Shown: positions 47,306 to 55,963 of the stretch, piece by piece
How positions within the stretch are numbered: position 1 is the first letter of the stretch
Layout of the letters: each line of letters opens with the position of its first letter
IMG/VR virus record: IMGVR_UViG_3300032893_000050
Location: 1 to 58,591 of that record
Direction: 5' to 3' (one strand)
Source: a virus
Lineage: Duplodnaviria > Caudoviricetes
DNA: 58,591 bases
Translations under genes and position numbers: made by a program
The notes under the pieces: generated by a model
What the model was told of the DNA's origin: nothing
Seen by the model: only the letters and a program-made list of their open reading frames with translations
Databases searched by the model: none

Positions 47306-47761
47306 ATGAAGATGACGGAACGAGAAGCCATATTGGAAAGCGAGCTCGCAGAAAAGAACCGTCAGTTAGCCGAAACATCGGCTGAGCTTGCTAAAGCCCG
47401 ACAAATCATCGCTAGCTATGAGAGCCACGATACCATGCCGCCATCGAATAGAGACGAACCGACTGGAGATCACTCGCGCGACGTTGAACAGATGACAATT
47501 CTGCTCAGGTTAGACGGTCTCGAATCTCGAGAGTCTATCAGGGCCGGGGAAATTCAGGACTTGATTCAGCGGGTGGATGGCATGCTCGAGCGAACAGATC
47601 GCGTGTTGAGATTGGCGGAACAACAGCCTGTAGTCGATCCGGAGGCCTTGAGGGAACTGACGGCATTGGTTCGATCGTTGCCATGCCTTCCGAAGGGTAC
47701 CTGCCCAGAACATGAGCCGTTGCATCTAGCATCGGTAGCGCCGTCAAGCCGAAAGCTATAG
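47306..47761 (+). CDS. Hypothetical coiled-coil protein
   Basis: End of late operon. Confidence 0.55.
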   Translation: MKMTEREAILESELAEKNRQLAETSAELAKARQIIASYESHDTMPPSNRDEPTGDHSRDVEQMTILLRLDGLESRESIRAGEIQDLIQRVDGMLERTDRVLRLAEQQPVVDPEALRELTALVRSLPCLPKGTCPEHEPLHLASVAPSSRKL

Positions 47762-47777
47762 CCATTCCGGCAGTCGA

Positions 47778-48239
47778 ATGAAAACGCTCTGCATCGCTCC
47801 AGAAACCTGCCCGATTGCGCACGATGCACAGCGGGAGGCGCATGCGGCAAAAGCTGCGGCGCTCGAGGCCGTCGAGAATTCCGGCGCGGCTATTGGTCAA
47901 CTCGCCACGCTACATCAGCAAGTCGACGCGCAGGGCGACATTCTACGGCGCATTGATAGGCGCACGCGCTGGCAGACGATTCTGCAATGGGCGGTCCCGG
48001 TACTCGTCACTGCTGTCGGGATTTACGTCGGATGGGCGGGGGCGACACAGCAAACCCGCAACGACCGGGCTGGGTATGACGGTGGCCAAAGGGCGGCCGT
48101 CGATGAGCTGCGCCGCCAGAGCGAAACGACGGAGCAGATTGCTATTCGTGCGGGACGCGCAGCAGCGAAACAGTTCGCCGAGGAGTTCACATTGCGCGCG
48201 AATCCAGCGCCCATTGCGTCAGCTTCCGCGAAGCGCTAA
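47778..48239 (+). CDS. Single-TM protein, possible holin/lysis-related
   Basis: Coiled coil then ILQWAVPVLVTAVGIYVGWAG. Confidence 0.45.
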   Translation: MKTLCIAPETCPIAHDAQREAHAAKAAALEAVENSGAAIGQLATLHQQVDAQGDILRRIDRRTRWQTILQWAVPVLVTAVGIYVGWAGATQQTRNDRAGYDGGQRAAVDELRRQSETTEQIAIRAGRAAAKQFAEEFTLRANPAPIASASAKR

Positions 48240-48263
48240 CACTGCCGAGTGGTAAGCGACGTT

Positions 48264-48292
48264 CCCCGTGCCCATGGTGGGTGCGGGGTTTT
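48264..48292 (+). terminator. Intrinsic terminator ending the late operon
   Basis: ccccgtgccca-tgg-tgggtgcgggg-tttt. Confidence 0.8.
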
Positions 48293-48538
48293 CGTCATTT
48301 CACGCAGCCCGCTCCCATGCCTCAATCTCGGCGCGGCTACAAGTAGCTTGCCATGCCGTTGCTGCAGCCCATCCCTGAGCGCGGACCAAACATCTTCTCG
48401 ATTCGTCTCTCTATAGCTGAGCTCGAATGGTTTTGATCCATTCGCTGGAAGACATTCCAATGGGCAAGCAAGTCGGCCGACAATGCGCATGCGGCACCAG
48501 GGTCTTCGACAAAGTAAGCGACACTTCAAAACCGACCA

Positions 48539-48730
48539 CTACCCGAATTTCGCGCACGGCTCTCCGCAATTCACACAAACAGAGCCGCGTTCCCCCTGCC
48601 AGTCGATCCGTAGATTAGGCTCGTCGATCGATCCAGCGCACGCGTCGACGGAGGCTCCTAGTTCGCGGCCAGCGTCGGAGTTTTGAAACTCCTCAAGTGC
48701 TTTCAGGATGTCGTCAGTCACGCTGCCCAC
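48539..48730 (-). CDS. Small zinc-finger hypothetical protein
   Basis: CVNC; overlaps upstream ORF. Confidence 0.45.
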   Translation of the reverse strand: MGSVTDDILKALEEFQNSDAGRELGASVDACAGSIDEPNLRIDWQGERGSVCVNCGEPCAKFG

Positions 48731-48900
48731 ACCTCGCGGTCCAGTTCGTCACGGATGAGCGTGACCTGCCATGCCATGGTGGCGGCGTGCTCCGCCGCGA
48801 CTCGTCGCTCGAGTTCCTGCTCGATGACATCCGGGTCCTGGCTGCGCTGCGGCGCGTCTACGGGGCGGTTTTGGGGGTTCTGTTGGGGTCGCATTGGCAT
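48718..48900 (-). CDS. Small hypothetical protein
   Basis: AAAGGA RBS downstream of promoter. Confidence 0.5.
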   Translation of the reverse strand: MPMRPQQNPQNRPVDAPQRSQDPDVIEQELERRVAAEHAATMAWQVTLIRDELDREVWAA

Positions 48901-48943
48901 TTTCCTTTGCGGCCGGAGCCGCAGTCTAACGAGTCATGCGCCA

Positions 48944-48972
48944 ATTGTGCATCACGGGCGGCCGGTTGTCAA
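48944..48972 (-). promoter_or_regulatory. sigma70-type promoter
   Basis: TTGACA-17 nt-CACAAT in intergenic gap. Confidence 0.6.
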
Positions 48973-49024
48973 GCGCTAGGTCGTTTTGTCTTGACTGGCT
49001 CGCCTCAGTGTCTCGCGGATCTGA

Positions 49025-49393
49025 TCATTCACACAGCTCCCCGATCACGTCTTCCAGCTCCGCGAACTCCTCGCAGTCATCGAACCACCAACCCGACTCT
49101 CTGAGTTGCCTGAGTAGCGCCTTGATGTCGCCGACCGTCATCTGCACGGAATCCCAGCACCAGTTGCCGACGCCGGATGTGCGTCCACGCTTTGGATACC
49201 GCACGCCATCGACAACAATTGCCTTGTCCTCGAACTCCAGTGACGGCACCAGCTCTGCATCGAACATCAGACAATCGCCTTCTAGTATGTCGCTCTTGCT
49301 GTTCTCGACTTGGATGCCGTCGAAGCACCCGCGAAACGCTCCGTTGCCGCCATCGTTGCAGCAGAAGTCGACCGTTAGGAATTTGTCAGGCAT
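49025..49393 (-). CDS. Hypothetical protein
   Basis: GGAG RBS; GVGNWCWD. Confidence 0.6.
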   Translation of the reverse strand: MPDKFLTVDFCCNDGGNGAFRGCFDGIQVENSKSDILEGDCLMFDAELVPSLEFEDKAIVVDGVRYPKRGRTSGVGNWCWDSVQMTVGDIKALLRQLRESGWWFDDCEEFAELEDVIGELCE

Positions 49394-49581
49394 CACGTAT
49401 TCTCCGGCAGTTCGCAAAACTGTTCAGGTTCCCAATCGACCCCGTACTCAGTGGTGCATATTCCGTGGCGACGATGCAGTGCAACCACTGGTGTTTCTCC
49501 GGGCTTTCTCAACACTACGAATCGCTCGAATCCGCCGAGTGCTTCGATTGGATGCCACTTGTCAGGCTCATCTCTAAACAT
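49393..49581 (-). CDS. Hypothetical protein
   Basis: GAGG RBS; coupled to neighbours. Confidence 0.5.
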   Translation of the reverse strand: MFRDEPDKWHPIEALGGFERFVVLRKPGETPVVALHRRHGICTTEYGVDWEPEQFCELPENT

Positions 49582-49801
49582 AGCGCCGCGCCTCTCGAAT
49601 CCAACGGATGCATAGTCTGAGCGCTGACGGAGTACCGACTCGACCATTCAAAAAGCTCTCGAAGTAGTCTGCCGCAAACTGAAGCTTCGTAGCCAGACTC
49701 GCGTTGCGACCGGGAACTTTTGCCGGATCGAAGTGAATGACTAGCTTTGAATTCTTGCTAGTCAGTGTTTGGATGTCGGGTAGTTTTCTACTTGCCATCA
49801 C
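49574..49801 (-). CDS. Hypothetical protein
   Basis: AGGAGGAG RBS. Confidence 0.55.
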   Translation of the reverse strand: MMASRKLPDIQTLTSKNSKLVIHFDPAKVPGRNASLATKLQFAADYFESFLNGRVGTPSALRLCIRWIREARRYV

Positions 49802-49806
49802 TCCTC

Positions 49807-49998
49807 CTATCCGAATGATGTAAAGAATCCGCGCGCTCGGCTATCCAAAATAATCTGCTGGGTGCATGGATAGCATAGCCACTCGCCCCACCGAATGGGC
49901 GCCACATCGTTGAACCGAAGTTCGGTGCATTCACCGCATTTTTCGCAACGAAATGGTGAGTCTTTCGGAACGTCCTGAATGGGGTTACTTGCCATCAT
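49807..49998 (-). CDS. Small zinc-finger protein
   Basis: CEKC...CYPC; GGAG RBS. Confidence 0.5.
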   Translation of the reverse strand: MMASNPIQDVPKDSPFRCEKCGECTELRFNDVAPIRWGEWLCYPCTQQIILDSRARGFFTSFG

Positions 49999-50887
49999 TT
50001 CTCCAAGGCAATTCAGTATGCTGCCGCCCATCGAGTTCGGGCATTGAGACGAGTTTGCTATCGCGCATGAGCTATTTGAGGAAGAACGCCACGCCAGCCT
50101 GGGCGCACTGGTCACGAATCGAGCGGACCCAGTCGTCCTCGCACGGGCGCGCACCGGGGCCGCTTTCACAGCCGACGAGCATTCCGTCAATCTTAGAGCC
50201 AAACGCTGCATCTTGTGATTCGCCGAATGCTGCAGCATCCCAGAAGTTGATTTCGGAAAGCAGAGGTTCAGCACTCACAATCCGCGTTGCCGCCGGAGTA
50301 TCCAGCAGCCACAAGATGCGTTTCTCCGCCTGCTCTTGGTTCTCGCAGCTGACGCCGGGAATGAAATTTGGCAGCGGCCAGTATTCTCCCTCGTGGGCGT
50401 GACACCACTGGTGACGCTCAGCCAGCGCCTCGCCTTCATCACACACGAGGTCTTCAAACTCCTTGTCGCTCAACAGTTCTGACATCCTCTGCGGGCGCTT
50501 TGTGAGTGCGATGAATTTATGCTGCGGACAAGCGGCCATTATTGCAAACACCCTGATGATGAAGCCCAGCGGTACTTTTTCGTGGAACAAATCGCTCATC
50601 GAATTGCAAAACACCGTGCGCGGCTTGCGCCACCTGAGCGGTCTGTCGAGCATCTCGGGTAGGCACCTGACTTCACCTGTCCAATGCGCCCCATACTTGT
50701 TTCTCGACCGAGAACCAATCTCAGTCACCAATCCATGGTATGGTAATCCTTCTTTGGAGAACCTGCCTGCCATTCGCTCTGCATAGCAATGCTTGCACCC
50801 ATCCGATGCATGAGAGCATCCACGGACACAATTCCAGACCTCGCCCGGCGTCCCGTCAGGATTCGCTGCCCACTCGATGCTAGTCAC
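49985..50887 (-). pseudogene. Second DUF5131 / Gp37-Gp68 gene with in-frame TAG at 50072-50074
   Basis: GCSHASDGCKHCYAE, NSMSDLFH, LTKRP, SAEPLL; FFLK* followed in frame by LMRDSKLVSMPELDGRQHTELPW. Confidence 0.8.
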
Positions 50888-51108
50888 GGCTGCACCGTTT
50901 TGACCGTAATGACTGGTTCGCCGATGAACTCCAAGTCGTTTTGCGTTTTGGCGTCCCATGCCTGGTTATTTAGAGCATCCTTAGCCGATTGTTCTGCCTG
51001 CTTCAGCACCTGTGCCATCGAGCAATCTAGCCCCCAATGATCGTGGCATTTGACGCGAATTGTCAGGACTACTTCTGCCGTGATACTTATAATTCGTTTG
51101 TCACTCAT
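50884..51108 (-). CDS. Hypothetical protein
   Basis: Overlapping start/stop at both ends. Confidence 0.6.
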   Translation of the reverse strand: MSDKRIISITAEVVLTIRVKCHDHWGLDCSMAQVLKQAEQSAKDALNNQAWDAKTQNDLEFIGEPVITVKTVQP

Positions 51109-51479
51109 GATTTTGCCTTCCGCGCCGCGAGCTCATCGGCGGCGGCAACGAGCATTTTGAGATGTCGATACCAATCATCGCCACACAGCGGAACAAGCGA
51201 CGTTGTTTCACCTGTTCGCAAATACCAGCGCGCATTGTTGCGATACAATTTATCCCCATCACTCAGTTCAATCGTTGGCGGCGCGTCCTCCAATTCCTTG
51301 GCCTTGAGCGCTTCCCACTCGCGGCGCAGAGCGATGGCGGTTTCGATGACGTCGATTGTCCATGAGTAGCCATTCGTGACGACATCCGAATAAATAACGG
51401 TCCGTTCATTGCGGTGCACGTTGCCGCCCTCATCAACTAGCCACCGAAACCCATCTATTTCTCGCTCGATCGTTGCCAT
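51105..51479 (-). CDS. Hypothetical protein
   Basis: Coupled early operon. Confidence 0.6.
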   Translation of the reverse strand: MATIEREIDGFRWLVDEGGNVHRNERTVIYSDVVTNGYSWTIDVIETAIALRREWEALKAKELEDAPPTIELSDGDKLYRNNARWYLRTGETTSLVPLCGDDWYRHLKMLVAAADELAARKAKS

Positions 51480-51480
51480 C

Positions 51481-51747
51481 TCACTCGCCTTTCTTCGGTT
51501 CGCCGTAGCTGCAATATCCAGAGCCGTCTTTCGGCATCGCAGGAACTAGCATTGTGCACCGGCGTTCTTGTTGTGGATGCCAATGCAAGCAATCCCGGCA
51601 CCTGGTTGGCTCTGGGATGTAGGCGGCCTGATCGGGATACCGACGTTCTCGAGTAACAGAAAAACCTCCATGTGCAACCAACGGTAGAATCAGGTAGAGA
51701 ACGTCTGGTTTCTGCCACATCGGCAATCGTCGCTTGTCAGTTGCCAT
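51481..51747 (-). CDS. Cys-rich hypothetical protein
   Basis: CRDCLHW...C...YCSYGE. Confidence 0.55.
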   Translation of the reverse strand: MATDKRRLPMWQKPDVLYLILPLVAHGGFSVTRERRYPDQAAYIPEPTRCRDCLHWHPQQERRCTMLVPAMPKDGSGYCSYGEPKKGE

Positions 51748-51994
51748 CGCAAATCCCTTTCCTATCAAGTTCGATGAGGCGCTCAACTCGTGCCACGTGT
51801 TCTCGGTACCTAACTGGTCCCATTTGATCACGCAGAGCCGCATCGTGGCGCTGTCGAGGCGATGCGGGTGACACTTCTCGCCCGCACCCAGGGCAGTGCG
51901 TCTCCTCATCACGCACGGCACAGTCACAGTTGTCACAAAACAGCGTGCTATTGGTGGCGCAGCAGTAGCGAACTGTTGTTACCTTGTCAGTCAT
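51737..51994 (-). CDS. Zinc-finger hypothetical protein
   Basis: CDNC...CPGC. Confidence 0.55.
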   Translation of the reverse strand: MTDKVTTVRYCCATNSTLFCDNCDCAVRDEETHCPGCGREVSPASPRQRHDAALRDQMGPVRYREHVARVERLIELDRKGICDGN

Positions 51995-52009
51995 ACAATC
52001 CCCAAATCG

Positions 52010-52264
52010 TCAGTCATGGGTAATCGATTTCATCCTCTCGGAAAACTTGTCGGCGGCCGCGTAAACAGCTGCCATGTGCTTCTCCTTTGCCCGCTTGCGC
52101 CCTCGGCGCCAGTCTTCCAACTGGTCGTACCAATCTATGGCCGTCACGACCAACTTAATTAATGTAACGACTATGATTGCCGTCACAATGCAGAACACTG
52201 CACACGCCACACCGAAAGCAGCTGCCTGCTTGATGAGCTCAGTCATGGTGGCACCGGTAGCCAT
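52010..52264 (-). CDS. Small membrane protein
   Basis: Long hydrophobic stretch. Confidence 0.5.
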   Translation of the reverse strand: MATGATMTELIKQAAAFGVACAVFCIVTAIIVVTLIKLVVTAIDWYDQLEDWRRGRKRAKEKHMAAVYAAADKFSERMKSITHD

Positions 52265-52488
52265 TCGGAGTCAGCTGCAACAAATTCACCGTGCGGGTTG
52301 AGGACCCAAGTATTACCGTTCATAACAAATCGCTCAAGCACCTCGATGCCATGTGGCGCCCGTTCCTCGCTCTGCTTGCGCCAGCGGAGTTGGTCTTTCA
52401 GGTCAGCGACTTGCTTCTGCAGCTCTGCGTTCTGGCTTTTCAATTGACTCAATTCCGAGTCGATTAGCTCGTCTTCAGGACCGTCCAT
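52243..52488 (-). CDS. Hypothetical coiled-coil protein
   Basis: GGAG RBS; LRWRKQSEE...WLPVP. Confidence 0.55.
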   Translation of the reverse strand: MDGPEDELIDSELSQLKSQNAELQKQVADLKDQLRWRKQSEERAPHGIEVLERFVMNGNTWVLNPHGEFVAADSEWLPVPP

Positions 52489-52744
52489 GATTGCTCCATA
52501 CCCGGCGAATGTCGGAAGTTATGCCGTGTTTTAGACACAGGTCATGCAGATGTTTGCGGTCCATTCGAGCCTCGCGGGCCGCTTTGCTGATGTTCCCCCG
52601 GTGGCGCTTCAGCAGTTCGCTGATGTACCGGCGCTCGAACGATTCTGTGTACTGCCTCCGGTTCTCGCCGTAGCTTTTAGTCCAGTCGAACTTGTTCGGA
52701 AACAGGTCGAACCTATCAAGATTTTCTATGATGTTCACGCTCAA
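52475..52744 (-). CDS. Stand-alone Fis-type HTH (sigma54 activator DNA-binding domain-like)
   Basis: FERRYISELLKRHRGNISKAAREARMDRKHLHDL. Confidence 0.85.
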   Translation of the reverse strand: MSVNIIENLDRFDLFPNKFDWTKSYGENRRQYTESFERRYISELLKRHRGNISKAAREARMDRKHLHDLCLKHGITSDIRRVWSNHGRS

Positions 52745-52885
52745 ACCTCCACAATCCTAGCGGGCACAATCGGCAATGAGACGGACCAGCCAGTCGAGTC
52801 TCACGCGCGATGAATCTGGCCTCGAGTTCGCTGCTTGCCGGGACGCACATCGTGCCCGTTGCGTGGTGGGCGGTGTATTGACGGG

Positions 52886-53191
52886 TCATTGTTCCTCGGT
52901 CGCCTCTACCGCGTCTTTGAGTTGCTCAAGCAGAGCGTTCAGTTCGCGATTCATCGACGGATAGTACGCGATCATCTTCTTGGCCGCAGCGAAAACGGGA
53001 TCAAGTTCAGCATTACGGATGACGGCGAGCGCAATCTCTGGGGGAGCCATCCGCTCAGGGCACGCTAAACCGGGCCGTTCATCAAGGATTTGCAAGCTTC
53101 CGTGTTGCGATATTCCGACAAGTCTTCCTGGAGAAACCGCGCTTCCCCATGCGTTGAATGCCCATCCAATTGGTAGTTTCTGTTTAGTCAT
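52886..53191 (-). CDS. Hypothetical protein
   Basis: AAGGTG RBS. Confidence 0.55.
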   Translation of the reverse strand: MTKQKLPIGWAFNAWGSAVSPGRLVGISQHGSLQILDERPGLACPERMAPPEIALAVIRNAELDPVFAAAKKMIAYYPSMNRELNALLEQLKDAVEATEEQ

Positions 53192-53281
53192 TGATCACCT
53201 TTAGTTTGACGGCGCCCGAAGCGGGATGGAATCGAGCGCCGTCCGTGTTGCAGACCGCGGTAGTCCGCCGCGGCAGAGTTG

Positions 53282-54349
53282 CTATTCAATCTCGCGCAGT
53301 TTCGGCATGTGTTGGTCGCGCCAGTCCATGACCGCCCCAACATCCTCGAAGTCCTCAGCTGCTTGCAGAATTCTGTCGCACGCTTCAACTATCGCGATGA
53401 CGCCGGCTTCTTTTGCGTGGCGCTTGATGTCCTTGACTTCGGCGGGGAGCAGGCCAGGCTTCGAGTCGGTCTTCGGTGGCGGAGCGGCGGATTGCTGTTT
53501 GCGCGCTTGCGATGCGGGCAGTCTTTTGCCGTCGTTCTCCGGCAGAGCAGGGGCCGGCGCCGGGCCTTCGGTTGTGTCGTATCCGGTGATGTCGTGGACC
53601 TCTCCGTCCATGAGTCCACTATTCCCTCCTGTGAGAATGTCGTACACGGCCTTGTAGAGCTTGCGTTCCGCCTTGCCAAGTATTCCATCGTCGCCCATTC
53701 CGAAGTTCTGTTTGATCGATAGGCGCGAATCGCGCAATTGTCCATCCTCCAGCTTTTCGATGTCGAGATCCAATTTCTGCAGCTTACCATTCAGGAGCCA
53801 TGACGCGTGAGCGCCAACGTATGCCGACTTTGTTTTTTCGTCCTTCACCGGCACCAGAAGTGATTTGCGAAAGTCTGTCAGCCCTGGCCACTCCATCACC
53901 AGGCGCTTGATCCCGTTCTTCGCAACGTACATGTTTTGAGCCAAAATATTGAACTCGTTGTCATTTGGCTGAAGCCCGCGCATGAGCGCTTCGATCAGGC
54001 ATTCTCTAACTACGGGCATCGGATATCCTGGACGCCAGTCTTTTCCAGCGCCTTCCTGTGGTGGCCGATCTCTATCGGTACGGAAGCCAAGTGAGCTGCT
54101 CTGGAGGTTCATGAAAATCTTCATCACGTCGTCGGTAAGCACCTTCCGAAGTTGCTGGATACCCACCGAGCGTCGAATTGAACGGGCTAACACGGGCAGC
54201 GCGATCATTTCCTGAGTTGCGCACGAAGCAACAACCAATTGCACCTCATCAATCGCAGCAAGAACCGCTGGAGCGTTCGACACCTGATCAATGCGCGCTA
54301 GGGCAGCGCTTGTTTGTTCCCTCTGTTCTGTCGTTTCTTGAGTCATCAC
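53282..54349 (-). CDS. Putative single-strand annealing protein (RecT-like position)
   Basis: GFRTDRD, GLQPNDNEFNI..NMY; adjacent to exonuclease. Confidence 0.55.
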   Translation of the reverse strand: MMTQETTEQREQTSAALARIDQVSNAPAVLAAIDEVQLVVASCATQEMIALPVLARSIRRSVGIQQLRKVLTDDVMKIFMNLQSSSLGFRTDRDRPPQEGAGKDWRPGYPMPVVRECLIEALMRGLQPNDNEFNILAQNMYVAKNGIKRLVMEWPGLTDFRKSLLVPVKDEKTKSAYVGAHASWLLNGKLQKLDLDIEKLEDGQLRDSRLSIKQNFGMGDDGILGKAERKLYKAVYDILTGGNSGLMDGEVHDITGYDTTEGPAPAPALPENDGKRLPASQARKQQSAAPPPKTDSKPGLLPAEVKDIKRHAKEAGVIAIVEACDRILQAAEDFEDVGAVMDWRDQHMPKLREIE

Positions 54350-55485
54350 AACCTTCTTTCTGAAATACTGAACGTGTCCACCATCTCGACCGCGCCCGCG
54401 GCCTCCAAATCTGCCTTGAGTTTTCGCTTTGCTGCAGCGCCATTGCCGCGACCGGCGCGCTCAGCGACTAGCTTTTCAATCTTGGTCACGCTGAGCTTCG
54501 ACACTTCGGCGTAGTCCTGTTCGTCGAAGCCAATCCGCTCAAGCACCTGCCACGTCAGCCGTGTGTCGAGTTCCCGCTTGGGCTGATTCTCTAGCATCAA
54601 CTTCGCTTCACTTCCAACGATTTCGCCGCGTTTTTGCAGCAAAGCTCGGATCGCATCATTGGTTCTCTCGGCGATGGTTGTTACCATTTTCGCCGTGCGT
54701 CGGAGCTGAATCAGCTCATCCGGTGGCATGCGCTCAACCTGTTGCGCAATCGAGTCAACGTCCACGTTTTGAATTGCCGCTACCGACGCTCGCGCGAGAC
54801 CGTTTGCCGCTTCGCATTCATACCAGCGCGGGCAGTGCACGCACTTCTCATGAGGGTGATAAACGCCATCCCACTGCACAACCTCGGTCTCGAGTTTGCG
54901 CATCCATTCTTGCGCCTTTTCCCGGGTAATCGTGTAGTTTTCGAATTGCTCGTGGCGTACCCACAAGATCGTGACTGTTACCTCGCGCAGCTGCGGAAAT
55001 GCGAGCAGGACCATCGAGCCATAGGCCATCATCTGGTGGTAATAGTCGGTGTCTAGACGGCCACCCTTCCAATCGTACAGTCTAGCAACGTCGCCGCTGA
55101 TTGCGATTCCGTCGATCGTACCTGTGATCTTGAGGCCCGCAACTTCGATCGGATATTCGATGGCTACCTCTGTGATGGATCCCGGGAACGACTCTCTGAG
55201 CTTCGCCCACAGCCTCGTGGCTTTCGCACACAGGAAACGCAATTCATTGCAATCGCAGCCATGCTCAGCTGCTACCTCGTCCACGAACTCCCAGTCAATT
55301 GAGCCGATTCGCGGTAGCGATTCGCAACACTTGTGCATTGCGCTGCCAGCGTCGGCCGCTTCGTTGGATATATTGATCCGTGTTGACGTGTTGCGAATAG
55401 AACCAGGACACTTGAAAGCCAGAGGCAACGTGCTTGCCCTGAGCAGAGATATGATGATTCCGTGTGTTTCGACCGGGGCGTTCAT
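54346..55485 (-). CDS. PD-(D/E)XK Cas4-like exonuclease (DUF2800-like)
   Basis: LRAS..CPGS, G..H, GTID, DWKGG, QMMAY, CVHC...C. Confidence 0.85.
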   Translation of the reverse strand: MNAPVETHGIIISLLRASTLPLAFKCPGSIRNTSTRINISNEAADAGSAMHKCCESLPRIGSIDWEFVDEVAAEHGCDCNELRFLCAKATRLWAKLRESFPGSITEVAIEYPIEVAGLKITGTIDGIAISGDVARLYDWKGGRLDTDYYHQMMAYGSMVLLAFPQLREVTVTILWVRHEQFENYTITREKAQEWMRKLETEVVQWDGVYHPHEKCVHCPRWYECEAANGLARASVAAIQNVDVDSIAQQVERMPPDELIQLRRTAKMVTTIAERTNDAIRALLQKRGEIVGSEAKLMLENQPKRELDTRLTWQVLERIGFDEQDYAEVSKLSVTKIEKLVAERAGRGNGAAAKRKLKADLEAAGAVEMVDTFSISERRL

Positions 55486-55961
55486 GCAGCTTTCCTTTGT
55501 ATTGGTTCGCCAAGGGCTCGCTCAATGGACCATCCGCGTTTCAGTCTTCCATTGAGACAACTCGTCGTAATACCGATAGCCTCGGCCCATGCAGATATGC
55601 AGCGCCTCTGTCCGTTGAACTCAATGAACACGTTCCTGCGTAGATTGCGATTCTGCTCCTTGCGAGTTGCCCATCGAACATTTCCAGGCTCGTACCCCTT
55701 GGAGTTGTCGATTCGATCGAGGGAGTGTCCGGGCGAGGGACGATTCCCTATTTCATTCAGAAAAGCCATGAAGCTTGATCGAAATCCTGTGTGAACAGCG
55801 ATTCCGCGTCCACCATAGTTTCTATAGTGCTTGCAGTTCGGATTCTCGCATCGCTCGATCATCGCCTTCCAGGCTCGATATTCGGGTGTGAAGTTGGAGC
55901 CGCCAAAGCAATGCCCGTGATGTGAACGAGGCGCTTTCTTTATTCCAAGATTCTTGCTCAT
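55482..55961 (-). CDS. HNH endonuclease
   Basis: NYGGRGIAV, SLDRIDNSKGYEPGNVRWAT. Confidence 0.9.
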   Translation of the reverse strand: MSKNLGIKKAPRSHHGHCFGGSNFTPEYRAWKAMIERCENPNCKHYRNYGGRGIAVHTGFRSSFMAFLNEIGNRPSPGHSLDRIDNSKGYEPGNVRWATRKEQNRNLRRNVFIEFNGQRRCISAWAEAIGITTSCLNGRLKRGWSIERALGEPIQRKAA

Positions 55962-55963
55962 AG

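Noticed and set aside
48243-48270. tRNA-like GCCGAGTGGT
   Set aside because: No T-loop or acceptor stem; the sequence runs into a terminator hairpin
54346-55485. CRISPR-associated cas4
   Set aside because: No cas1/cas2 or array; context is a phage recombination module
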